Assembly: GCA_963707915.1 (NCBI GenBank)
Contig: OY970178.1
Span: forward strand, 1,984,001 to 2,048,000
Length of the DNA stretch: 64,000 nt
Direction of reading: 5' to 3'
From: Candidatus Eiseniibacteriota bacterium
GTDB lineage: Bacteria > Eisenbacteria > RBG-16-71-46
Both the position numbers and the translations under genes were made by a program. Below the pieces are notes generated by a model. The model saw nothing but the letters and a program-made list of their open reading frames with translations, had not been told where the DNA came from and did no database searches. The stretch's first letter is position 1. Every line of letters begins with the position of its first letter. Shown here piece by piece: positions 7,649-18,541 of the stretch.

Positions 7649-10600
7649 CTACGAGCGGCGGCGCTCGAGCTCGAGGGTGCGGATCCGGGAGAGCAGCGTC
7701 GGGTAGCTCAGGCCGAGCTCGCGCGCCACTTTCGCCTTGTTCCAGCGATGCCGGTCGAGCGCTTCGGAGATCACCCGGCGCTCCAGCTCCGAGACGCTCG
7801 AGCGCAGGCTCTGGCCCGCCTCGCCCGGACCCTCCCCCGGCGCCGCGGACCGCGTGGCGGGCTCGCGCATCTCGGGCGGCAGCAGTTCGATCCCGAGCTG
7901 GTCGCCCTGGTCGGCGAGCACCACCATCCGCTTCACCGTCTTGTCCAGCTCGCGCACGTTGCCGCGCCACTGGTGGGAGAGGAACAGCTGCATCACCTCG
8001 GGGCTGAATCCGCGCAGGTCCTTCTCCATCTGGCGCGAGTACACGCCGAGGAAGTGCTGCGACAGCACCGGGATGTCCTCGCGCCGCTCGCGCAGCGCGG
8101 GCACCCGCACGGTGATGTCGTTGAGGCGGTAGTAGAGGTCCTCGAGGAAGCGGCCCTCGCGGATGCGCTCGCGCAGGTCCGTGCCGGTGGCGCAGATCAC
8201 GCGCGCGTCCACCCGCTTGCTGCGCGTGGCGCCGACCGGGCGGATCTCGCTGCGGTCCAGCACGTGCAGCAGCTTCGCCTGCACCGACTCGGGGACCTTC
8301 TCGATCTCGTCGAGGAAGATGGTCCCGCCCTCGGCCTCCTCGAAGAGACCCTGCTTGTCGCGCACCGCCCCGGTGAAGGCGCCGTGCACGTAGCCGAACA
8401 ACTCGCTCTCGAGCAGCGACTCGGGCAGCGCGGCGCAGTTCACCTGCACGAACGGCCGGTCGCGGCGGTTCGACGATTCGTGCACGACCTGGGCCAGCAG
8501 GCCCTTGCCCGTGCCGGTCTCCCCCATGAAGAGGACGGTGGCCGAACTGTCGCCGACCTTCGAGAGCAGGGCGAGCAGGCCCTTCATCTCGCGCGAGGCG
8601 GTGACCACGCGCTCCATGCCGGCGCTCGGCTTCAGCTTGTCGCGCAGCTCGCGGTTCTCGACCAGCAGGAGCGAGCGCTGCGCCTCGACGATCGCCACCG
8701 CCGCGCTGTTCGCCAGCACCGCGAGCAGGTTCACATCGCGCTGCTTGAACGGCCCGAGCAGGTTGTCGTTGAGCCGGTCGACGAACACCAGGCCCACCGC
8801 CTGCGAGGGGAAGTTGAGCGGCACGCAGACCAGCGAGGCGACGCTCTCGAGCGCGTCGGCCACCGCCGCGCCGAAGCGTGGATCGGCGGCCACCCGGCTG
8901 GAGAACACCGGGCCGCTCTCGGCCAGGCGCGGTCCCACCGCCTCCTCCAGCGCGCGCAGGATCCGCCGCGCGCGGTCCCGTCCCAGCCCGTGTTGCGCGA
9001 CCACGTCGAGCCTCATGCCCCCGCTCGAGAACGCCACGAAGCCGCGGTCCCCGCCGGCGTTCTCCACGGCGAGCTTGACGGTCTGGGCGAGCAGACCGTT
9101 CATGTCCGAGGTCTCGCGGAACAGGCGGTTCGCGTCCTCCAGCGCGCGGAACTCGTTGCTGGTGGACAGCGAGACGGCGACGTACTGGCGCTCGATCTCG
9201 CGCCGCAGCGCCTCGGCGCGCCCGCCCGCAGGCGAGCCGGCCTCCAGCAGCCAGAGCTCGGCCTGTTCGAGCAGGCCCAGCGCCTGGTCGTAGTGCTCGC
9301 GCTCGGTCTCGAGGCGCGCGAGGGTGAGCAGCGACTCGGAGGCCAGCGACACGACACCGAGCTGGCGGAACAGCGTGGCCGCACGCTTGGCCGCGTCGGC
9401 GACCGGTTCGAGCGGCAGCCGCAGCCGGACGCTGGCCGGCAGCAGCAGCAGGAACTCGCCCCACCCGGCCAGCGTGGCGGCCAGCTCGTAGGTCTCGCCC
9501 AGGTCCTCGAAGGCCTGGGCCGCGCCGAGGAGCTTGACCTGCATGCCGGGCGCGGCCCCGCGCACCGCGTCGAGCTGGGCGAGGGCGCGGTCGGCGATGG
9601 CGGCCTCGATGCTGTCGCCCAGCTGCGCGGCCAGCGCGGCGCCCCGCGCCAGGTGCGCCTGCGCCTCGGACGCCCGTCCGGCCGCGAGCAGCGCGAGCCC
9701 CGTGCGGGTCTCGAGCTCCGCGACCAAGTCGCCGTGCGGCGCGGCGCGGCGCGCCTCGTCGAGCGCGGGCTCGAGCAGCGCGAGCGCCGCCATGGCGTCG
9801 CCGCGGTCCAGCGCCAGCTCCCCGAGGAACTCGCGCGCCAGCGTCGCCTCGCGCAGCGCTCCCACCGACCCCGCCAGCTCGAGCGCGCGCCGGAAGTTCT
9901 CCTCGGCGCTCTCCAGCTGCCGCCGCCGCCGCGCGAGCAGGCCGGTCGCCAGCAGCGCCGCGGCCTCGCCCTGCACGTGGCCGGTCTCGCGCGAGATCCT
10001 CAGCGACTGGCGGAAGTTCTCCTCGGCCAGGTCCCACTGCCCCAGCCGGTAGCGGATCAGGCCCAGGTTCTGGTGGTGCCCGCGCATGCGGGAATACAGG
10101 CCCGCCCGCTCGTCGAGGCGCAGCGCCTGCTCCAGGAAGCGCGTGGCCTCGCGCCACTCGCGCAGGTTCTTGTAGACCAGTCCGAGATTGTTGAGGGCGG
10201 TGACCAGCCCGTCGGTGTCGTCGATGCGGCGGAACGTGGCGGCGGCGTTCTGCAGCCAATCGATGGCCTCGGCGGAGCGGCCCTGTCGCGTCGCGCACAG
10301 CCCGAGCGTCGCCGTGACCTGGCCGACCGTGCGGTGCTCGTCGGTATCGCGCAGGACAGCATAGGCGTAGTGCGCGTAGCGGCGGCTGCGGCGGTACTGC
10401 CCCTGCTGGATGAGCGCCGCGGCGTAGTGGGCGGCGATGTTCGCCGCCTGCCGGGGGTCGCCGAGCAGGCGGGCCGCGGCGCGCGCCTCGCGCAGGGCGG
10501 CGACGGCGGACTCGTAGTCACCGCGCGCCGTGTGGGTCTCGGCCACCCGCAGGAGGATGCGGACGCGCTCCACCGGGGCGTCGGGACCGACCGCGCTCAG

Positions 10601-10738
10601 GGCGGCGCGATACTCCTCGAGCGCTTCCGAGAAGTTGTCAGCCGCCAGATGCAGATCGCCGATCGCTTCGTGACGGCCGGCGCCGGTACGAGCGGCGTCC
10701 GCTGCGCGAGCCAGATCGGGGGGGATCTCTCTCTGCAC
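7649..10738 (-). CDS. Sigma54-dependent enhancer-binding protein: long N-terminal TPR array + GAF + AAA+ + Fis-type HTH
   Basis: TPR repeats (ALNNLGLVYKNLREWREATRFLEQAL; HQNLGLIRYRLGQWDLAEENFRQSL); GAF-like VCVPLNF..VGLVFVD; GETGTGK, ESELFGYVHGAFTGA, FLDEI, WRGNVREL; HTH WNKAKVARELGLS. Confidence 0.93.
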   Translation of the reverse strand: MQREIPPDLARAADAARTGAGRHEAIGDLHLAADNFSEALEEYRAALSAVGPDAPVERVRILLRVAETHTARGDYESAVAALREARAAARLLGDPRQAANIAAHYAAALIQQGQYRRSRRYAHYAYAVLRDTDEHRTVGQVTATLGLCATRQGRSAEAIDWLQNAAATFRRIDDTDGLVTALNNLGLVYKNLREWREATRFLEQALRLDERAGLYSRMRGHHQNLGLIRYRLGQWDLAEENFRQSLRISRETGHVQGEAAALLATGLLARRRRQLESAEENFRRALELAGSVGALREATLAREFLGELALDRGDAMAALALLEPALDEARRAAPHGDLVAELETRTGLALLAAGRASEAQAHLARGAALAAQLGDSIEAAIADRALAQLDAVRGAAPGMQVKLLGAAQAFEDLGETYELAATLAGWGEFLLLLPASVRLRLPLEPVADAAKRAATLFRQLGVVSLASESLLTLARLETEREHYDQALGLLEQAELWLLEAGSPAGGRAEALRREIERQYVAVSLSTSNEFRALEDANRLFRETSDMNGLLAQTVKLAVENAGGDRGFVAFSSGGMRLDVVAQHGLGRDRARRILRALEEAVGPRLAESGPVFSSRVAADPRFGAAVADALESVASLVCVPLNFPSQAVGLVFVDRLNDNLLGPFKQRDVNLLAVLANSAAVAIVEAQRSLLLVENRELRDKLKPSAGMERVVTASREMKGLLALLSKVGDSSATVLFMGETGTGKGLLAQVVHESSNRRDRPFVQVNCAALPESLLESELFGYVHGAFTGAVRDKQGLFEEAEGGTIFLDEIEKVPESVQAKLLHVLDRSEIRPVGATRSKRVDARVICATGTDLRERIREGRFLEDLYYRLNDITVRVPALRERREDIPVLSQHFLGVYSRQMEKDLRGFSPEVMQLFLSHQWRGNVRELDKTVKRMVVLADQGDQLGIELLPPEMREPATRSAAPGEGPGEAGQSLRSSVSELERRVISEALDRHRWNKAKVARELGLSYPTLLSRIRTLELERRRS

Positions 10739-10844
10739 TTTCGAACCCTCGAGTCACATCACCCGGTTGGACATCCCGGTGGTTCGACTCCGGGAGGCCT
10801 TTGGTGCCGCGAAGCGCTTTGGAAGTCCGTTCGATCCGTCGGGA

Positions 10845-11162
10845 CTACCTCGCTCCGAGATATCGATTGGCCCACATCCTGAAGATCCAGCGCAGCCACG
10901 GGTCGGTGGCAGGGCCCCCGGTATGAGCACCCTTCCCACGCGGGACCGGCGACATCGAGCCCTGCGCGAGCGGATGCGGGGTCTGACCGACATCGGGCTC
11001 CCCGGAAGTCGGAGCAGCCGGCGGCTTCGACACGCTCGCGAGCGACGAGGCGGCGGACGGTGTGGCCGCCCTCCCGTCCGCGAACGCGGTCGACCAGCCT
11101 GCCGCGGCGACCACCGAGAGCAGGACCAGCAGGAGCAGGAGTCTGTTGCGATCGGAAATCAT
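10845..11162 (-). CDS. Small secreted protein / putative signalling propeptide (105 aa)
   Basis: GGAGGGAG RBS before ATG 11162; Sec signal peptide (RNRLLLLLVLLSVVAAAGWSTAFA); disordered Pro/Ser body with SGEPDVG; Trp/Arg-rich C-terminal helix. Confidence 0.7.
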   Translation of the reverse strand: MISDRNRLLLLLVLLSVVAAAGWSTAFADGRAATPSAASSLASVSKPPAAPTSGEPDVGQTPHPLAQGSMSPVPRGKGAHTGGPATDPWLRWIFRMWANRYLGAR

Positions 11163-11278
11163 GCGCTTCCGCTCCCTCCAAAGCTGGCGACTGTGACGCA
11201 TACAGCGACAGAACCGACCGGGGCTGGAGCCGCCCCGGACGAACCCGAGAACCTGGGGGACCTCTTTGCGCCGGGGTA

Positions 11279-11307
11279 AGTATCCAGCGACACCGGGCGA
11301 CCGTCAA
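11279..11307 (-). promoter_or_regulatory. Sigma70-type promoter for the small secreted protein / TPR activator unit
   Basis: Minus strand TTGACG-N17-GATACT. Confidence 0.55.
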
Positions 11308-11411
11308 CAGAAACCCCACCGACGCGGCCCTGGATGCCGGCAGGCCGCGGAGATCCCGGCGCCGCGGCGGCCCGGGGACGCCCCGGGCAGGGGGAGGGGA
11401 CCGGGCGAGGA

Positions 11412-12362
11412 CTACCTGCGGTCCAGGAACTCCCCGGCGGCCATGCGAACGAGCCCGTAGCGCAGCCCCTGGGTGGAGCAGACCAGCGCCGAGGAGGGAA
11501 AGCGCTCGAACAACAGGGCCACCACCAGGGCGCCGGCGACGACGATGTCGGCCCGGCCCTCCCCCACGGTGGAGAAGCCCCTGCGATCCTGGTGGCTTGC
11601 CCGGGAGAGCCGTTCCACCAATCCGAGGAGTCGCTCGGGGCGGATGGGCCACCCCTCGAGCAGCGCCGGGTCATAGGTTTCGAGTTGGCGGTCCATCGAC
11701 GCCAGGACAGTCACCGTCCCGCCGACGCCAGCGAAGAGCGGTACCTTGTTCGGCATTGATGCACAATGATGCATGACTCCAGCCTGCACTTCGGCCTTGA
11801 GGGCAAGGATCTCGTCGGGTCCGGGTGGGTCGGAATGCAGGAACCGCTCGGTCAGGCTGACCGCGCCGAATGGAAGGCTCGCCCATCGGCCCGTCCGGGC
11901 GCCGACGCCGCTGACCACCTCGGTGCTGCCCCCGCCGATGTCGAAGACCACGCAGGCGCTGCGGGCCGCCTTGCGGCCGAGGCCGAGGATGACCGAGCGG
12001 TAGACCAGTTGCGCCTCGTCCTCCCCCGTGAGGATGCGGACGGGCAGGCCCGACCGCCGTTCGACGATGTCGGCCACTTCCTTGCCGTTTCGGGCGTTGC
12101 GGATGGCGGCGGTGGCACCGATCACGATGTGCTTCGCACCCAGCGACCGCGCCCGCCGCACGAAGCCCGCGGCCAGGCCGCCGACCCGCTGCGCCAGTTC
12201 CTCCTCGATGGTCCCGGCCCGGTCCAGCCCGCGCGCCAGGCGGCAGACCTCCCCCGCCCTGGCCACCGTCTCCAGCGTCCCGTCCGGGCCGAGGCGCTCG
12301 TCGACCTCGGCGACCAGGAGCCGGATGGAGTTGGACCCGATGTCAATTGCAGCTACGCGCAT
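11412..12362 (-). CDS. ppx: Ppx/GppA family exopolyphosphatase
   Basis: AAIDIGSNSIRLLV, ATAAIRNARNG, GEDEA, DIGGGSTE, GRADIVVAG, GLRYG. Confidence 0.92.
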   Translation of the reverse strand: MRVAAIDIGSNSIRLLVAEVDERLGPDGTLETVARAGEVCRLARGLDRAGTIEEELAQRVGGLAAGFVRRARSLGAKHIVIGATAAIRNARNGKEVADIVERRSGLPVRILTGEDEAQLVYRSVILGLGRKAARSACVVFDIGGGSTEVVSGVGARTGRWASLPFGAVSLTERFLHSDPPGPDEILALKAEVQAGVMHHCASMPNKVPLFAGVGGTVTVLASMDRQLETYDPALLEGWPIRPERLLGLVERLSRASHQDRRGFSTVGEGRADIVVAGALVVALLFERFPSSALVCSTQGLRYGLVRMAAGEFLDRR

Positions 12363-12377
12363 ATGTCAATCTCGTGG

Positions 12378-12920
12378 TCAGAGCAGGTAGTCTTCGAGTT
12401 CGTTCGTTCCGCGTGTCGGCCGGGGCCCGGCGATCACGTTCGGACCGGGCTCGCTGGAGGAGGAGGACCCGACCACTCCGCCGGTTCCCGACCGGGCGGC
12501 CGAGGGGCGGCCATCTCCACCCCGTGGCCGCTCGATGGCCGCCGACCGCGACTTGCGGCCCCCGGCCACCGGGGCCGGGCGAGCCGAGGGCCCGCCACGC
12601 GACCCGTCGTGGCCGTCGGCGCGCGCTTCCTGTCCGGCACCGGAGAGCGCCCAGCCCAGCAACTCCGTCAAGTCCGGCGCGTCCGCCCTCAGCCGGAATC
12701 GCACCCGCCTGCCTTCGCGGTGCCCGGCCACCAGGCCCACGCGCTCCAGCGCCTGCAGGTGCCGGGTCGTGCACGACTGCGACAGCCCCACTTCTTCCGC
12801 CAACTCGCCGACACACCGGTCGGAGACCGCGAGCGCCCGGACCAGGCGGAAACGCGAGGGCTCCCCCAGGCAGGCCAGGACCGGACGCGCCGGGTCTTCG
12901 TTCGGATCTGGATCTTTCAT
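12378..12920 (-). CDS. ArsR/SmtB family transcriptional regulator with a long disordered C-terminal tail
   Basis: LGEPSRFRLVRAL...CVGELAEEVGLSQSCTTRHLQALERVGLV...REGRRVRFRL wHTH; only the 3' part of the 572-aa ORF (start 12920 or 12935). Confidence 0.8.
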   Translation of the reverse strand: MKDPDPNEDPARPVLACLGEPSRFRLVRALAVSDRCVGELAEEVGLSQSCTTRHLQALERVGLVAGHREGRRVRFRLRADAPDLTELLGWALSGAGQEARADGHDGSRGGPSARPAPVAGGRKSRSAAIERPRGGDGRPSAARSGTGGVVGSSSSSEPGPNVIAGPRPTRGTNELEDYLL

Positions 12921-13010
12921 TGCACGACGATGCATATCACATCCCGCGATTGACCGCAATGAGTTGGCTCTGATAGTTTTCCCATTGCCCGGCAATGACC
13001 GCGCACACCC

Positions 13011-14084
13011 ATGTCCAATCTCCCGAATCCATCGCCTCACCCCCCCGCCGCCCCGAGCTTCTACGGACTGACCCGTGAACGGTTGGCCGAACGGCTGGCG
13101 AGCCAGGGTGTGCCCGCCTTCCGGGCATCCCAGTTGTTCACCTGGGTCTACCGGAAGCACCAGCGCGACCCCGAAGCCATGAGCAACCTTCCGCTCGCGT
13201 TCCGGCGTGAACTGTCCGGGCTCGTGGACCTCCGCCTGCCGACCGTCGCCTCGCACCTCGCCACGCCCGACGGCGACACCCACAAGCTGGTGCTCTCCCT
13301 GGCCGACGGCCGGCGGGTCGAGTGCGTCTCGATGCGCGCGGAGCGCGGCCTGACGTTCTGCCTCTCGAGCCAGGTCGGCTGCGCCCTGCGCTGCTCGTTC
13401 TGCGCGACCGGGACGATGGGACTCCAGCGCAACCTGCGCGCCGAGGAGATCGTGGCCCAGGTGCTGATCATGGGAGACCACCACGGCTGGGAGGACGACG
13501 GCTTCAACCTGGTGCTCATGGGCATGGGCGAGCCGCTGGCGAACTACGAGGCCGTGATGGAGGCCGTGCGCATCCTCCACGACGAGCTGGGACTCAACCT
13601 CGGCGCGCGACGCATCACGCTGTCCACCAGCGGACTGGTGCCGCAGATCGAGCGCCTCGCCGGGGAAGGCCTCGCGCTCGGACTGGCGCTCTCGCTGCAC
13701 GCCACCACCGACGCGCTGCGCGACACGCTGGTGCCCGTCAACCGGCGCTGGCCGCTGCGCGAGCTGCTGCCGGCCGTCCAGGCCTACGGGCTGCGCACCG
13801 GGCGGCGCGTGACGCTCGAGTACACGCTGATCGCCGACCTGAACGATGCGCCGGAGGACGCCGACCGGCTGGCCGCCATCGCGCGCGACCTGCCCAGCAA
13901 GATCAACCTCATCCCCTACAATCCCGTTCCCGGGCTCCCGTACCGGAGCCCCGGCCCGCAGGCGCTCCAGGCCTTCGCCGAGCGGCTCTACCCGCAGGCT
14001 CCCGCCGTCACCCTGCGCCACACGCAGGGCGGCGAGATCTGGGCCGCCTGCGGACAACTCGCGAACCTGGGCGACGGGGCCTGA
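13011..14084 (+). CDS. rlmN: 23S rRNA m2A2503 / tRNA m2A37 methyltransferase (radical SAM)
   Basis: CLSSQVGCALRCSFCATG, MGMGEPL, ITLSTSG, SLHA, NLIPYNP, AACGQL. Confidence 0.95.
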   Translation: MSNLPNPSPHPPAAPSFYGLTRERLAERLASQGVPAFRASQLFTWVYRKHQRDPEAMSNLPLAFRRELSGLVDLRLPTVASHLATPDGDTHKLVLSLADGRRVECVSMRAERGLTFCLSSQVGCALRCSFCATGTMGLQRNLRAEEIVAQVLIMGDHHGWEDDGFNLVLMGMGEPLANYEAVMEAVRILHDELGLNLGARRITLSTSGLVPQIERLAGEGLALGLALSLHATTDALRDTLVPVNRRWPLRELLPAVQAYGLRTGRRVTLEYTLIADLNDAPEDADRLAAIARDLPSKINLIPYNPVPGLPYRSPGPQALQAFAERLYPQAPAVTLRHTQGGEIWAACGQLANLGDGA

Positions 14085-14110
14085 GCCGACATGCACAGCC
14101 GGTTCGCGCC

Positions 14111-15624
14111 GTGAGCCTCCGCGCCCGCCTGATCGCGGCCCTGCTGGCGCTCGCGCTCCTGCCGACCGCGGTCTTCACCACCTTCACGCTGATCGAGTTG
14201 GACCGTGCCACGCAGGGGTGGTTCCGCCCCGGCGTGGACCGCGCGCTCGAGTCGGCCCAGCAGGTGAGCCGGACCGCGCTCGCGCGGATGGAAGCCACCT
14301 CGCTCTCGCGGGCCCGCGCCTGGGCCCGCTGGGCGACCGGCCCGGAACTCGACCTCGCCGGCCACACCCGTGCCCGCGCCGGGTTGCTGGAGGCGGGACT
14401 CGACTTCCTGCAGATCTACGGCCGGGTGGACGGCCGCTGGAGACTGCTCGAACAGGTGGTGCCCGAGGGGACGCCCCGGCTTCGCGGGGCGGACCTCTCC
14501 GCCGACCTGGACGCCGCGCTCGCCGGCGACGGCCTGGTCCGGTCGAACCACGGCGCGCTCGCCGGGGTCGCCCGGGTGGACTCCACCCACGCGCTCGCGG
14601 CGGGCATGCGGGTGCCGGCCGGCTTCTTCGCCGACGTGGAGCGCGTGAGCGAGGGACGCGGCGCGTACAGCCGGCTCGGCGTGATGGTGGACGTGCAGCG
14701 CCCGCTCACCTGGCTGCTGGTCGGGGGGCTGGTGCTCCTGCTGGGCGCGCTCGCGCTGTTCCTCGCCCGGGCGCTCGCCCGTCCCATCGCGCGTCCCCTC
14801 ACCGAGCTGTCGGCCGCGCTCGACCGCGTGGCCGACGGCGACCTGCGGGTGCGCGTGACCCCGCGCGGGGCGCGCGAGTTGCGCATGCTCGGCAGCGCCT
14901 TCAACGCCATGACCGCGCGGCTCGAGGAGGCGCGCACCGCGATGGCCGAGGCCGAGCGCGAGGCGGCCTGGCGGGACGTGGCGCGCAAGCTGGCGCACGA
15001 GTTCAAGAACATCCTCACCCCGCTCAAGCTCTCCCTGCAGCTGGTCGAGGCGGAGCTCGCGTCCGCGCCCGGGCCGCGCCGTGACACCGGCACGAACCTC
15101 CAGGCCGCCCTCGACGAGGTCGCGCAGCTGGCGCGGCTGGCCGAGCAGTTCTCCCAGTACGCGCGCCTGCCCGAGCCGCAACTGGAGTCGCTCGACCTGG
15201 CCCAGGTGGCCCGTTCGGCGGCGGGCCGCCCGATGTGCGAAGGTGTGGCGATCGCCTGCACGACCGATGAACCGGTGCCGGTGCGGGGCGACCGCGTGCT
15301 GCTGGCGCGGGCCGCACACAACCTGGCGCTCAACGCATGCGAGGCCAGCCCCGCGGGCGCGGTGGTCGAGATCGCCGCGCGACGCGAGCACGGTCACGCG
15401 GTGCTCGAGGTGCTGGACCGTGGCCCCGGCCTGCCCGCCGGGCTCACCGACCGGCTGTTCGAGCCCTACGTGAGCACGAAGCGGCGCGGCAGCGGCCTGG
15501 GTCTCTCGCTGGTGCGGGACATCGCGCGGCAGCACGGCGGGACGGTGTCGCTCCAGGACCGCGCGGGCGGCGGGGCGTGCGCACGGCTCGTGCTGCCGCT
15601 GGCGAAGGAAGGCGAGGTCTCTCG

Positions 15625-15628
<4 letters not shown>
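14111..15628 (+). CDS. NtrY-like HAMP sensor histidine kinase
   Basis: Start GTG 14111; two TM segments; HAMP; H-box AWRDVARKLAHEFKNILTP; NLALNA, DRGPG, LFEPY, GSGLGL. Confidence 0.9.
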
Positions 15629-16971
<1,343 letters not shown>

Positions 16972-17115
16972 GCCGATGCGACGCGCGCGCGGAGGCGGGG
17001 ACGTGGCGTGGCGCGGCGGCATGCCCGTGTCGCGCGGGCGCGACACCGTGCGCGCGGGGCACGGCGCGAGACGCCGCGAGCGCCGCGGCGGCGGCGCCCC
17101 GGGGCGGACGGACGG

Positions 17116-17130
17116 TGGTATGGCGCTTGC
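17116..17130 (+). promoter_or_regulatory. Sigma54 promoter upstream of the Omp85-like gene
   Basis: TGGTAT-GGCGC-TTGC, 40 nt before GTG 17170 and directly downstream of the bEBP gene. Confidence 0.6.
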
Positions 17131-17169
17131 GATGGGGGCAGGGTTCCCCCATCCCGCCCAGGAGGCGAC

Positions 17170-18528
17170 GTGAGACCCATCATCCTCATCCTGCTGCTGG
17201 CGGCCCTGGCCGGCGCGCACCCGGCCCGCGCCGCCGCTCCCGACACGCTCGGGACGGGCCCGGCCCGCGCCGCCGTTCCCGACACGCTCGGGACGGGCCC
17301 GCCCGGGCTGCTCGAGTTCGCACCGCTCGCACCGGACTCCGATTCCGCGGAGGCCCCGCCCCCGCCGGATGCCGGCTTCGTGGGCCAGACCGAGTGGCTG
17401 AGCGCCCCGTTCGGCGAGCGCCTGCTCAGCGAGCCCGATGTCTGGCGCACGCGGCGCCTCCAGCTCGGGCGCAACGCCCGCAACACGCGCCTCGAGCCGG
17501 TCGTCGACTACAACCGCGTGGACCTGTTCCGGGTCGGGCTCACCGGCGAGGCCCAGGACCCGTCCACCATGGCGCCGCGTATCGGCGGCCGGTACGACTA
17601 CGCCACCGGGCGGCGGCGCGCGTTGTACGGCGTGCAACTCGAGCAACCGCTGCTGCCCCCCGGCCTGCTGGTCCTCGGCGTCTCGCTCTCGCGCCGCACC
17701 GACCACAGCGAGCTGCAGCAGACCGACGACGTCGAGAACAGCCTGGCGCTGCTGATCGCGCGGCAGGACTACCGTGACTACTTCGAGCGCGAGGGCTTCG
17801 GCGCCTACCTGGCCTGGCGCGTCCCCGACTTCTCGGTCGTCAGCGTGCACGTCCGCAACGACACCTACCGCTCGCTGGCGGTCCGCGGCGACACCTACTC
17901 GTTCTTCGAGCGCGACCAGGCGGTGCGCGGGAACCCGGCGGTGGCCGAGGGCGACGTCCACGCCGTGCTGTTCCGGCTGGAGCGCCAGACCCAGCGCACC
18001 GCGCGCACGCGCGCCGGGTTCTACCACTGGATCGAGGTCGAGCGCGCCGGCCACGGGATGGGCGGCGACTTCGAGTACACCCGCGCGCTGGCCGACGTGC
18101 GCACCGTCTGGCGGCTCTCCCCGACCGCGACGCTGGCGCTGCGCGCCGCGGGCGGGACCACGGCCACCGGCGTGCTGCCGCCGCAGAAGGAGTTCACCAT
18201 CGGAGGCGTGGACGGACTGCGCGCGCACGCCTTCGCGCAGTACCGCGGCAACCAGCTGCTGCTGGCGCAGGCCGAGTTCACGACCGCGCTGCCGCGCGTG
18301 CGGCCGCGCGGGTTCGACGCCGGGCTGCACGCGATCGCCTTCGTGGACGTCGGCCGGGCCTGGGACGACGGCGGCCACGCGTGGTGGCCCGGCCGGCAGC
18401 GGATGCAGGTGGACGGCGGCTTCGGGCTGACCACCGCGGAGGACAACCTGCGGGTCTACGTGGCCCGCGACCTGCAGCAGTCGCACGCGGACGCGGTGTT
18501 CAGCGTGCGGCTCCAGCGGCCCTTCTGA
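17170..18528 (+). CDS. Omp85/BamA-TamA-like outer-membrane beta-barrel protein
   Basis: GGAGG RBS + GTG 17170; signal peptide; VDYNRVD; FTIGGVDGLRAH (LRGY-like loop); FVDVGRAW; C-terminal RLQRPF. Confidence 0.75.
   Translation: MRPIILILLLAALAGAHPARAAAPDTLGTGPARAAVPDTLGTGPPGLLEFAPLAPDSDSAEAPPPPDAGFVGQTEWLSAPFGERLLSEPDVWRTRRLQLGRNARNTRLEPVVDYNRVDLFRVGLTGEAQDPSTMAPRIGGRYDYATGRRRALYGVQLEQPLLPPGLLVLGVSLSRRTDHSELQQTDDVENSLALLIARQDYRDYFEREGFGAYLAWRVPDFSVVSVHVRNDTYRSLAVRGDTYSFFERDQAVRGNPAVAEGDVHAVLFRLERQTQRTARTRAGFYHWIEVERAGHGMGGDFEYTRALADVRTVWRLSPTATLALRAAGGTTATGVLPPQKEFTIGGVDGLRAHAFAQYRGNQLLLAQAEFTTALPRVRPRGFDAGLHAIAFVDVGRAWDDGGHAWWPGRQRMQVDGGFGLTTAEDNLRVYVARDLQQSHADAVFSVRLQRPF
17221..17298 (+). 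repeat. Two tandem 39-bp repeats (1 mismatch) encoding PARAA(A/V)PDTLGTG
   Basis: ccggcccgcgccgccg(c/t)tcccgacacgctcgggacgggc at 17221-17259 and 17260-17298. Confidence 0.95.
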
Positions 18529-18541
18529 TCCGGCATCCTTC

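Noticed and set aside
7407..10882. Long ORFs 7407..10298 (-) and 7589..10882 (+)
   Set aside because: Off-frame or antisense shadows of the TPR activator; stop-poor frames are expected at this GC content.
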